From the sequence record NC_048048.2: 64,000 nt of DNA; one strand, given 5' to 3'. A program made the position numbers and the translations under genes. This document shows positions 33,950-42,174 of the stretch, in pieces; the first letter of the stretch is position 1, and the number at the start of each line of letters is the position of its first letter. The notes under the pieces are model-generated. The model saw only the letters and a list, made by a program, of their open reading frames with translations, was not told where the DNA came from and did no database searches.

Positions 33950-34230
33950 TCTTCGTCGTCCTTGTCGAGCACGCCGCGCAGCATGCAGGTCAGGAAAATC
34001 CCGTCGATCTTGGCCTTGCCCTCGGTCCCGAACGCGATCTCCCGGTCGACCGTCAGCACCTTGACCTCGTAGGTCTTGCCGTCGGTCGCCATGAAGCTGA
34101 ATCGGTCGGTCTTGGCGAACGACAGCGCGTCGCGCCGGGGAAACCGGCCGAGGAAGTGAGCGTCGATCAGGACCTCGGCGTATTTCGCGCCGGCGGCCCT
34201 GACCGTCACATGGACAGGGATTTTGGCCAT
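33946..34230 (-). CDS. Small beta-rich protein, family A
   Basis: GRFPRRDALSFAKTDRF...YEVKVLTVDREI. Confidence 0.75.
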   Translation of the reverse strand: MAKIPVHVTVRAAGAKYAEVLIDAHFLGRFPRRDALSFAKTDRFSFMATDGKTYEVKVLTVDREIAFGTEGKAKIDGIFLTCMLRGVLDKDDEE

Positions 34231-35015
34231 CAGCCAACGCCCCTGGCGATTTCTTCCTGCGCCACGGTCGCGGCCTGCTTGCCGTCGTAGCGGCCGGCAT
34301 AGTTGGCCTTCAGGTGCGCCATGACGTCGCCGAGCTTGGCGTCGGGCTTGTCGAGCTTGAAGACGCCGATGATGCCGCGCAGTTCCGGGACCGTCAGAGG
34401 CTCGGGCTCGGCCGGCACATAAGCCTCCAGCACGAAGATTTCGCCGGCGGCCTTGCGCGCGCCCGCTTCGTCGCCGCGCTGGATCATCGCCGCGTGCGTG
34501 GCCTTGGCGCCCTTCAGGAAGACGCGCGCGATCTCGATCACCTCGTCGTCGGACGGGTCCTTGCGCGATTCCGCACCCAGGTCGATCAGCGCCTGCTCCA
34601 GGCGACCCAGCGGCCAGCCTTCCTCGGCGGCGGTCTGTTCGGCAGCCGCGTCGGCGCCGGCCAGCAGGGTGTCGAACTCGTCATTGACCACGCCGATGGC
34701 GTCCAGCACGGCTTGCTCGCCGCGCGGCGCGAACTCGGCCTGGACCTTGGCCAGGGCTTCGGCGCGCAGCGGCTTGAAGAAGCCGGCGTTGTCCTTCTTG
34801 GCCTGTTCGAGTTGGCCCAGCGGCCAGCCTTCCTTCTCGGCCTGCTTGCGCAGCGCCTTGGCCCCGGAGGTGAACTTGGTCGACGACACCGTCGCGGTGA
34901 TCTCCGACAGCAGCAGGTTCAGCAGCGTCACGTCAGCGGGCCGGGCGGCGACGCCATTCTTTGGGTCGCCCTTGGCGGCGGCCAGATCGCTGCGGATTTT
35001 CTCGATGAGGCTCAA
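34230..35015 (-). CDS. GatB/YqeY-like protein with internal duplication
   Basis: N-terminal MSLIEKIRSDLAAAK and C-terminal LGDVMAHLKANYAGRYDGK typical of YqeY; EGWPLG.LEQA occurs twice. Confidence 0.65.
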   Translation of the reverse strand: MSLIEKIRSDLAAAKGDPKNGVAARPADVTLLNLLLSEITATVSSTKFTSGAKALRKQAEKEGWPLGQLEQAKKDNAGFFKPLRAEALAKVQAEFAPRGEQAVLDAIGVVNDEFDTLLAGADAAAEQTAAEEGWPLGRLEQALIDLGAESRKDPSDDEVIEIARVFLKGAKATHAAMIQRGDEAGARKAAGEIFVLEAYVPAEPEPLTVPELRGIIGVFKLDKPDAKLGDVMAHLKANYAGRYDGKQAATVAQEEIARGVG

Positions 35016-35058
35016 GGTGGTAGTCCTTCTTGCGGGGTTTTACGGGACCCGGCCCAGT

Positions 35059-35099
35059 AAAGAAAACGAGCCGCCTTTCACAGTCTTCGGCGGCTCGTT
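35059..35099 (-). terminator. Intrinsic terminator/attenuator upstream of the minus operon
   Basis: Minus strand AACGAGCCGCC...GGCGGCTCGTT followed by TTCTTT. Confidence 0.8.
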
Positions 35100-35283
35100 A
35101 TGGTTCCAATCGGCCGGACATGCTCCGGTGGGCGAACGCTCACTTCATCTCAGCCTCCTGCGCTACCTTCGGTCCACTTGCGCCTCTCATGTGGGCGCGT
35201 GGCAATAGAGAGCCCCGACGTTCCTCCACCTCAAGGTTGCTGTCAAGCAGGAAATCACCGTGACGCGATCTACGTCACATGCT

Positions 35284-35317
35284 GCATTTCTTGACACGTG
35301 TCGTTAACCATGGCACA
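35284..35317 (+). promoter_or_regulatory. Class II (middle/late) promoter upstream of the portal gene
   Basis: GCATTTC-TTGACAC-N6-GTTAACCATG, near-identical to 57303-57331; contains the CtrA half-site TTAACCAT. Confidence 0.7.
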
Positions 35318-35457
35318 CCGGCCTCACGGTCGAGCCACATCCCGTGGCTGGATCGCCTTTCGTCATCGGCCTTGGGCGGGGCCAGTAAAGCCGGATCAGC
35401 ATGCCGGCCTGAATACCCCGCCTCTTTTTCGGCCGCTCACCCAGGTCAAACGCTCTC

Positions 35458-37266
35458 ATGGCTGGTCAGTCCGCCAATTCCGCCAACATCGATCGCGTCG
35501 CGCGTCCCAAGTCGAACGCCGTCAACGCGATCCTGAACCCGGAATACGTCTACTGGGAGCCGGACTGGGTCAAGGTCCGCGACACCCTGGCCGGTCAGCG
35601 CGCCGTCAAGTCCAAGGGCCAAGCCTACCTGCCCAAGAACCTGGGCTCTGACGACAGCGAATATGCCGCCTATCTGGCCGGCGCCATCTTCCACAACATG
35701 GTCGACCAGACGCTGAACGGCATGACCGGTCAGGTCTTCCGTCGCGCCCCGATCATCCGCAATCTCCCCGAGAAGCTTCAGGAGAAGGTCATCCAACTGG
35801 GCCAGGACGGCTCGGGGCACGTGGCCTTCACCAAGACCGTCGTGCGCGAGGTCTGCTCGATGGGCCGCTATGGCGTCCTGGTCGATGCCCCCACCACCTC
35901 CGGTGACAGCTACGCCGTCGGCTATCGCGCCGAGGACATCCTGGACTGGGAGATCGAGCGCGTCGATGGCGTCCAGCGCCTGACCCGCGTCCTGCTGCGC
36001 GAGTTCCGTCGCGTGCGCTCGGTCCTGGCCGGCCGCGCCCGTATCCGTTCGGGCGGCGGCGCCTACCAGTACGAGACCATCTATCGCGAACTGGTCCTCG
36101 AAAACATCGACGGCCGCTGGACCTACTACCAGAACATCTACGACAAGGTCGGCCCGCAGGGCGTGCCCACCGACATCCTGCGTCCGGTGATCAACGGCAA
36201 TCCGCTGACCGCCATTCCGTTCGTGTTCTTCGGCCCGACGGGCAACACGCCCGACTGCGAGAAGCCGCCGCTCCTCGACATCGCCGAACTGAACATCTCC
36301 CACTACCAGGACTATGCCGACTTCCAGCACGGCAAGAAGTACACCTCCCTGCCGATCTACGTCGTACCGGGCGGCAGCGAAGGCGGCGCCGACGAGTACA
36401 AGATCGGCCCCAACACCATCTGGGAAGTGCCGCTCCAGTCGACGCCGGTCATCCTGGAGTACAAGGGCGATGGCCTGAAGACCCAGATGAACGCCCTGGC
36501 CACCAAGGAGCGCCAGATCGCCGCGATCGGCGGCCGTCTGCTGCCGGGCCTGGGCCAGGGCATCAGCGAATCGAGCGAGCAGGCGACCATGCGCGGCGCC
36601 TCCGAGCAGTCGATCCTGATGAACGTCATCCTGGCGGTCCAGGACGGCATGTCGCTGGTTCTGCGCTACTGGGCCGCGTGGCGCGATGTTCCGATGAACA
36701 CCACCGCCTCGCTGCGCTACGTCATCAACTCCAACTTCCTGACCGGCTTCGCCGACGCCCGCGTGCTGCGCGCGATCCAGATGATGTGGGAAGCCGGCCT
36801 CGTGCCGATCGAGGTTCTGTTCGAGAACCTGCGCGACCTGGAGGTCCTGTCCGACGACTGGACCATCGAGATGTTCACCGATCGCATGCAGGACCCGACG
36901 GCCTTCATCAACAACCCCGACGCCCAGGCCAAGGTTCGCGGCTACGCCAACCGCAAGCAGGAACTGGACGAGGCCGCCCGCAAGATCGAGCAAGGCCAAG
37001 CCGACCGCGCCCTGGACATCCAGGAAGAGAGCATCGACGGCCTGGACGATGGTGACGTGCTGCGTCGCCGCGAGGACCAGCAGATGGACTTCGAGCGCCA
37101 GCAGCACGAGGACCAGATGCAGTTCCAGTACGACAAGCTGGCCTCCGACGAGGAACTGGCCAAGCAGAAGCTCGCCACCCAGAAGGCCATCGCCGCCAAG
37201 AACGCCCAGGCGGCGGCGCAGCGATCGGCCAATCCGACTCAGCCGCGTACCCCCGGCTCCCTCTAG
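35458..37266 (+). CDS. Portal protein (DUF4055-type)
   Basis: 602 aa; W.KVRDTLAGQRAVK, Y.AYLAGAIFHN, GRYGVLVD, IPFVFFG and PPLLDIAELNISHY motifs of DUF4055/phiCbK-like portals. Confidence 0.85.
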   Translation: MAGQSANSANIDRVARPKSNAVNAILNPEYVYWEPDWVKVRDTLAGQRAVKSKGQAYLPKNLGSDDSEYAAYLAGAIFHNMVDQTLNGMTGQVFRRAPIIRNLPEKLQEKVIQLGQDGSGHVAFTKTVVREVCSMGRYGVLVDAPTTSGDSYAVGYRAEDILDWEIERVDGVQRLTRVLLREFRRVRSVLAGRARIRSGGGAYQYETIYRELVLENIDGRWTYYQNIYDKVGPQGVPTDILRPVINGNPLTAIPFVFFGPTGNTPDCEKPPLLDIAELNISHYQDYADFQHGKKYTSLPIYVVPGGSEGGADEYKIGPNTIWEVPLQSTPVILEYKGDGLKTQMNALATKERQIAAIGGRLLPGLGQGISESSEQATMRGASEQSILMNVILAVQDGMSLVLRYWAAWRDVPMNTTASLRYVINSNFLTGFADARVLRAIQMMWEAGLVPIEVLFENLRDLEVLSDDWTIEMFTDRMQDPTAFINNPDAQAKVRGYANRKQELDEAARKIEQGQADRALDIQEESIDGLDDGDVLRRREDQQMDFERQQHEDQMQFQYDKLASDEELAKQKLATQKAIAAKNAQAAAQRSANPTQPRTPGSL

Positions 37267-37283
37267 CCTAGTTCCAAAGTTCC

Positions 37284-37451
37284 ATGGCCACCACGCGTTA
37301 CGAGACCTTCGAGGACTTCCAGCACGATCTGGATGAGTCCGGTCATCTCTCCAACGATCCGTTCGGGATCGACGTCGACATCGGGTCTCTCGACGAACAG
37401 GACCTGGAATTCCTGCTCCCCGCCACCAAGAAGCCCAAGAAGGCAAGCTGA
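37284..37451 (+). CDS. Small acidic protein (55 aa)
   Basis: Manually translated MATTRYETFEDFQHDL... Confidence 0.6.
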   Translation: MATTRYETFEDFQHDLDESGHLSNDPFGIDVDIGSLDEQDLEFLLPATKKPKKAS

Positions 37452-37453
37452 TC

Positions 37454-37588
37454 ATGAGCACCACCACCGACGCCCTCGGCGACAAGGCCGAAAAGGCCAT
37501 CAACAAGGCCGGCGCCTGGATTCAGAACCACACGACCCTCGTGCTGGTCTTCCTGCTGGGCTTCGCCGCCGGCGCGCTGCTGATCTAG
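37454..37588 (+). CDS. Small tail-anchored membrane protein (44 aa)
   Basis: ...AWIQNHTTLVLVFLLGFAAGALLI*; resembles an ElaB/YqjD-type C-terminal anchor. Confidence 0.6.
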   Translation: MSTTTDALGDKAEKAINKAGAWIQNHTTLVLVFLLGFAAGALLI

Positions 37589-37591
37589 GCC

Positions 37592-37840
37592 ATGTTCGCC
37601 TACGACCACGACGTGCCACACGTCCTGTCCATGTCCGCCAGCCGCCGCGAGGAGTACCCGATCCAGGTGCGCGGCAACGTGATCGACGAAGGCATCGTCG
37701 ACCATGGTGATGGCACGGCCAGCTACAGCTACTACGCCAACCTCGCCTTCGAGATGGACGGCGATCTGTTCGATCTTGGTCCGGTGGACCTGACCCGCTT
37801 CCAGGGCCGTGTCCCCAAGACGATCAGCTTCGGCTTCTAG
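37592..37840 (+). CDS. Small hypothetical protein
   Basis: Operon-packed. Confidence 0.7.
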   Translation: MFAYDHDVPHVLSMSASRREEYPIQVRGNVIDEGIVDHGDGTASYSYYANLAFEMDGDLFDLGPVDLTRFQGRVPKTISFGF

Positions 37841-38014
37841 CCTTGCGCCCCTGAAACGATAGGGGGCCTCTGCCGCGCCAGCTTTGAGCATTGCCCGCGC
37901 GGGGGCGAGCCTGAGGTCCTAAAGCCTCCCGACCCTGGTCGGTTATTGCGCAGATCGAGCCAGCCAGGGCGGCGCGGTCACACCCCGACAACAAGACCCC
38001 GAAAGTCTCACCCG

Positions 38015-38257
38015 ATGACCGACTACCTGTCGCACGACGACGAGTGCGTGAACACCTGCGCCTATGCCCCGATCAACATCTCGGTGGTGCGCGGTCTCTT
38101 CCTGGATGACGGCGCCGATCGCAGCCGGGGCGGTCCGCGCTTCGTGGCCGACGAGTCCGGCCGCTACATCGCCTTCGACACCCCCGCCTTCGAGGGCGTC
38201 CTGCACGAGGACGAGGCCTATCCGCTGCTCAAGCAACTGACGGCGGTGCTGCTGTGA
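38015..38257 (+). CDS. Small hypothetical protein
   Basis: Start reassigned to MTDYL. Confidence 0.65.
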   Translation: MTDYLSHDDECVNTCAYAPINISVVRGLFLDDGADRSRGGPRFVADESGRYIAFDTPAFEGVLHEDEAYPLLKQLTAVLL

Positions 38258-38493
38258 TCGTCGAGTTCACCAGCGCCCATACCGAAGCCCCGGTAGCGGT
38301 GTCGGCCCTGCACGTGGTGCAGATCGTTCGCAGCGGGTCCGGCACGTCGATCAAGATGGGCGAAAACAGGTCGATCCAAGTCACCGACTCCTATGGCGAC
38401 GTCGTCGCCGCGATCGCCCAGGCCCTGGCGCCGGCTCCCTTCGACTACACCTCGCTGCTGGCGATGGTCCAGGCCCTGAAGGCTCCCCAATGA
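38254..38493 (+). CDS. SwrD/flagellar-FlbD-family-like small protein (family B)
   Basis: MIVEFT...PVAVSALHVVQI...TSIKM...IQVTDSYGDV. Confidence 0.55.
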   Translation: MIVEFTSAHTEAPVAVSALHVVQIVRSGSGTSIKMGENRSIQVTDSYGDVVAAIAQALAPAPFDYTSLLAMVQALKAPQ

Positions 38494-38813
38494 TCTTCCT
38501 CCACCGGCTCGTTCCGAACCGCGACAACACCATCCAGCGCCAACGCATCGCCGTCCGCGCCGACGCCATCGATCTGATCATCGACAACGGCGAGGGCGTG
38601 CCGGCCAACATCGAGGTCCACGGCGATCGCTACCGCGTCGAGGAGGACTTCGAGGCCGTTCTGCACCTCAAGCGGGCCTGGACCAGGATCAACGATCACG
38701 CCGATCGTCATGCGATCCCCCCGGCCGACATCCTGGGCGTCAGCTTCGACGACAGCGACCCCAGCGCGCCGGTCGTGATCGAAAACTCCAAGACCTCGAT
38801 CAACGACATATGA
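38490..38813 (+). CDS. Family B-like protein
   Basis: MIFLHRL...IAVRADAIDLI...YRVEEDFEAV. Confidence 0.55.
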   Translation: MIFLHRLVPNRDNTIQRQRIAVRADAIDLIIDNGEGVPANIEVHGDRYRVEEDFEAVLHLKRAWTRINDHADRHAIPPADILGVSFDDSDPSAPVVIENSKTSINDI

Positions 38814-39091
38814 TCGCCCTCCAGCCGTCCTACGTCCACGATCGCCCGATCTTCCTGGACCCCACCACCATCCGGCGCATGCAGCGTCCGTCGACGACCC
38901 AAATCTGGGTCGAGGGCTACGACGAGTGCATCCAGGTCCAGGAAACTCCCGAGCAGGTCGCGGCCCTGGCGTCGGCCTGGAGCAATCGCTGGGAATTCGA
39001 AAAGCACCTCGGTGTCCACGCCACCTACGTCGACTTCCGCGACCAGCGTGTGACCTACCATTATCTGGAGAAAAACTTCCATGACCAGTAA
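38810..39091 (+). CDS. SwrD/flagellar-FlbD-family-like small protein (family B)
   Basis: MIALQ...PIFLDPTTIRRM...TQIWV...IQVQETPEQV. Confidence 0.6.
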   Translation: MIALQPSYVHDRPIFLDPTTIRRMQRPSTTQIWVEGYDECIQVQETPEQVAALASAWSNRWEFEKHLGVHATYVDFRDQRVTYHYLEKNFHDQ

Positions 39092-39332
39092 GCACCTCCA
39101 GCAGGTCCAGGCCGACGCCGAGAAGCTGACCGTGATCGCCGAAGGCGTCATGGAGGCCTCCAACCTGCTGCGCGAAAAGCTCGCCCAGGTTCCGTCCAGC
39201 CGTGACACCTCCCTGGCCGTCACCAAGCTCGACGAGTTCGACTTCTGGGCCGGCCGCGCCCTGTCGACGGTGCTCCAGCCGCTGCTCCAGGAACTGCACG
39301 ACGCGGGCCTGCTCGAAGTCGTCCCCGACTAA
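39081..39332 (+). CDS. Acb2/Tad1-domain-like helical hairpin protein
   Basis: PSSRDTSLAVTKLDEFDFWAGRAL resembles the family motif SRE.SLA.TKLEEA.MWA. Confidence 0.55.
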   Translation: MTSKHLQQVQADAEKLTVIAEGVMEASNLLREKLAQVPSSRDTSLAVTKLDEFDFWAGRALSTVLQPLLQELHDAGLLEVVPD

Positions 39333-39460
39333 GTCGCCGACGGGCTAACTGGCCATATCTGGACAGTTAGCCCGCTCAATGCCTCACAACTGGCCACATG
39401 CGGCCAATTCAGCCCTGGCGGAGTCAGGGTTGCAAGTCCCAAGCAAAAGACCAAGCACCC

Positions 39461-40213
39461 ATGACCATCGCCCTCATCAAGGCGCTCGCGTCCGCCGCCG
39501 AGCACGCCCTTGCCGAAGCCCTCGCCGGCAAGAAAATCTACCCCGAAAACGAGCAGATGCTGGCTGCCCTCATGGAGGAAGTCGGCGAAGTGGCCGAAGC
39601 CCTGCTCGAAGCCCATCGCGATCCCGACAGCACCACCAAGCAGGCCAAGGTCTATGCCGAGGCCATGCAGGTCGCCGCCCTGGCCCTGCGGATCGCGCTC
39701 GAAGGCAGCGGCGAGTTCTCCTACGAGTTCCGCCAGGAATACGCCGACGCGTTCAAGACCGTCGAGCCGCCGGCCCCCAAGAAGGCCGCCAAATCCTCCC
39801 CCAAGAAGACCACCGACGATCTGGCCAAGGAAGTCGAGCAGCAGAAGGCCATCGACCGGCTGATCGACGAATTCCGCGAGATCAACAAGCGCCCGGTCCC
39901 GCCCTACGAGTACCCGATGTGGGTGGGTGTTGGCAGCGCCGGCCGCGCCATGTGGTCGGGCGGCGGCACGGGCTACCGGGGTGAAGGCGTTGGCGTGGCC
40001 GGCGGCTGTTCGACCTATGTGGGCGGCCATGGCGGTGGCGGAGGCTACAGCTTCAATGGTTTGGCCGCCGGCGGCCCGCCCATCACCGCCAGCTACCCGC
40101 CGATCAACGCGCCCGAGGGCGTGGACATCACCATCGCCGCCAAGCTGCCGGCCAAGCGGCTATCGACCGTCAAGGACGACGACGCCAACTCCACCACGGG
40201 CATGTATCACTGA
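39461..40213 (+). CDS. MazG-like NTP pyrophosphohydrolase with Gly/Pro-rich extension
   Basis: LMEEVGEVAEAL...EAMQVAALALR (EExxE...ExxQ metal-binding pattern). Confidence 0.65.
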   Translation: MTIALIKALASAAEHALAEALAGKKIYPENEQMLAALMEEVGEVAEALLEAHRDPDSTTKQAKVYAEAMQVAALALRIALEGSGEFSYEFRQEYADAFKTVEPPAPKKAAKSSPKKTTDDLAKEVEQQKAIDRLIDEFREINKRPVPPYEYPMWVGVGSAGRAMWSGGGTGYRGEGVGVAGGCSTYVGGHGGGGGYSFNGLAAGGPPITASYPPINAPEGVDITIAAKLPAKRLSTVKDDDANSTTGMYH

Positions 40214-40464
40214 TGGCCGCGCCCCACACCCTCAAGGTCGGTGATCGCGTCACCCATCCCGATTGGGAGCCCGGAACCATCCGTATCGTCGAGGGCGTCG
40301 CCCCGATGATGCGCTCCACCAGGGTCAACGGCCGTCAGAAGCTGATCGAGGACCCGCAGTTGAACATCATCTGCCTCGATCAGGCTGTCGTCGACAGCGA
40401 CGGCTTTGCCGACAACGCCTGGATGGAACCGGGCCTCATCCTTATCGAAAGCCCCGCCCCGTGA
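40213..40464 (+). CDS. Small hypothetical protein (SH3-like)
   Basis: LKVGDRVTHPDW.PGTIRIV pattern; TGATG overlap. Confidence 0.65.
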   Translation: MAAPHTLKVGDRVTHPDWEPGTIRIVEGVAPMMRSTRVNGRQKLIEDPQLNIICLDQAVVDSDGFADNAWMEPGLILIESPAP

Positions 40465-40631
40465 TCGACGAACGTCCCACCATCCAGGTCCTGGCTCTCC
40501 ACGACGACGAGATCGAGACCTTCGTGCCGACCCCCGAGCAAGCCGCCGCGATCGCCGACGGCAGCCTGATCATCGGCCGCATCCGCTACGCCCCCAATCC
40601 CGACTACGTGCCGCCCCAGGAAGCCGCCTGA
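40461..40631 (+). CDS. Small hypothetical protein
   Basis: GTGA overlap. Confidence 0.6.
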   Translation: MIDERPTIQVLALHDDEIETFVPTPEQAAAIADGSLIIGRIRYAPNPDYVPPQEAA

Positions 40632-40633
40632 CC

Positions 40634-41968
40634 ATGATCGCCGCCACCTTCGACAAGATCGCCCAGGACCTCGCGATCGACGAACACGCCTCGCCGGCCG
40701 CGCGCCTGCTGGCCAACGCCTTCCTGCTGCGCGTGATCGAGGATGACGACCTCGCCGCCGAGAATGAGGCTCTCGACAAGACCGTCGCCTCGCTCAAGGG
40801 CCGCCTGCGCGAGGCCGAGGGCAAGCTGGAGAGCGCCTATCAGATCGGCCGCGACGGCGTCCTGGCCGTGCAGAACATCGAGCAGGCCAAGTACCAGCAA
40901 CTCTATGACGACCACATGGAGACGGTCACCCGCCTCCAGGCCTTGGAAGTGCGCCTGAAGGACGTCCAGGACCAGCCGGTGGTCGACGAGACTCTGGTCG
41001 CCAAGCTGCGTCGCGACATCAAGGACTACCAGGATCGCGACGCCAAGTTCCAGGACAAGATCAGCCAGTTCCGCGACGCCAATATCAGTCTCCTCAAGGA
41101 GCGTGAGGAGATCGTGACCGCCCGCGAGGCGCTGAGCGAGGAAAACGACTCCCTGGCCAAGGAACTGGAGATGGCCGACGCCGCGCTCCAGGAACTGCAC
41201 AAGGAGTGGCGCGGCATGGAGGCGCGCGCCCTGGGCGCCGAGAAGGCCCATGACGAGCTTCAGATCAAGCTCAAGACGGCCGACGCCGAGGTCCGCTTCC
41301 GCGCCGCCCGTATCGAGGGCCTGGAACGGCAACTGGCCGACAGCCGCGATCGCGTCGAGCAGAAGACTAGCGAGCATCGCGCCGCCCTGGCCAATCTGCG
41401 CGACCTGGAGCAGCAGAACCTCAAGCTGCGCACCGCCGCCGAGGTCACCCTGAACGACGATCTCCTGATGGAGAACGCCAAGCTGCAAGCCCAGGTCAAG
41501 CAGTTGACCCAGGAAAGCGCCTGGAAGGACAAGACCATCGCCAGCTATCAGGCCGACGCCCTGGTCAAGACCCCTTCGGACGAGACCTTGCTGGCCACGG
41601 TCAACGCCCAGGCCGCCGAGATCGCCAAGCTCCAGGCCAAGCTGCGTGACGGCTTCGAAGGTGGCTCGATCGAGCATGCCGAGGCCGCCCCGGTGCTGAT
41701 CGCCTGCCAGTCGAGCGTCGACCTGCTGAGCCTGCGCAACAACCTCTGGCAGACCACCCTGGCGCCGCACCTGATCTTCGCCGTGATTGGCGAGGACAAG
41801 CCCGCCGGCCCGCTGGGCGGCATCATCGTCATGCCGACCCAGGCCGTGGGCCTGAAGAAGCCCGACGCTGTGCGCACTCACGACGCCATCCGCAAGCTCG
41901 ACTGGCTCGCCGACGTCAAGAAGCAACTGGCCGACGGCGCCGGCCTCCTCACCCTCCAGCCGCAGTGA
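40634..41968 (+). CDS. Long coiled-coil protein (444 aa)
   Basis: Heptad-rich E/K/L/A/Q composition; start reassigned to MIAAT. Confidence 0.85.
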   Translation: MIAATFDKIAQDLAIDEHASPAARLLANAFLLRVIEDDDLAAENEALDKTVASLKGRLREAEGKLESAYQIGRDGVLAVQNIEQAKYQQLYDDHMETVTRLQALEVRLKDVQDQPVVDETLVAKLRRDIKDYQDRDAKFQDKISQFRDANISLLKEREEIVTAREALSEENDSLAKELEMADAALQELHKEWRGMEARALGAEKAHDELQIKLKTADAEVRFRAARIEGLERQLADSRDRVEQKTSEHRAALANLRDLEQQNLKLRTAAEVTLNDDLLMENAKLQAQVKQLTQESAWKDKTIASYQADALVKTPSDETLLATVNAQAAEIAKLQAKLRDGFEGGSIEHAEAAPVLIACQSSVDLLSLRNNLWQTTLAPHLIFAVIGEDKPAGPLGGIIVMPTQAVGLKKPDAVRTHDAIRKLDWLADVKKQLADGAGLLTLQPQ

Positions 41969-42174
41969 TCACGATGACCAATCCGACCCTCTCCCTGACC
42001 GTCTCGGGCGCGCGCGGCGCCGGCAAGACCGTCCTGATCCGCAAGGTGGCCCAGTTCCTGCGCGAGCAGGGCTATGCGGTCGACACCCAGCGCCTGCCGC
42101 GCGGTACCGACTACGCCTATGACGGCGTCAAGGGCGATGGCCGCACCATCACCCTGTTCGAAGGCGGCCTCTGA
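41965..42174 (+). CDS. Walker-A-containing microprotein
   Basis: LTVSGARGAGKTVLIRKVAQFL; only about 66-69 aa. Confidence 0.6.
   Translation: MITMTNPTLSLTVSGARGAGKTVLIRKVAQFLREQGYAVDTQRLPRGTDYAYDGVKGDGRTITLFEGGL

Noticed and set aside
35044-35050. Isolated GGGACCC copies outside the arrays
   Set aside because: A GC-rich 7-mer is expected several times by chance; only the periodic array is meaningful, and the 23.9-24.1 kb copies are weak support.
35446-37506. 686-aa minus-strand ORF (also 40604-41926, 55629-56474, 61005-62879)
   Set aside because: Antisense shadows of strongly biased GC-rich genes (portal, coiled-coil protein, MCP, virion protein).
37900-37975. c-di-GMP-I riboswitch resemblance (GGCGAGCC...TAAAGCCTCCCG)
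   Set aside because: The P2 stem/GNRA loop and the 3' pairing partner are missing; kept only as a generic structured-RNA candidate.
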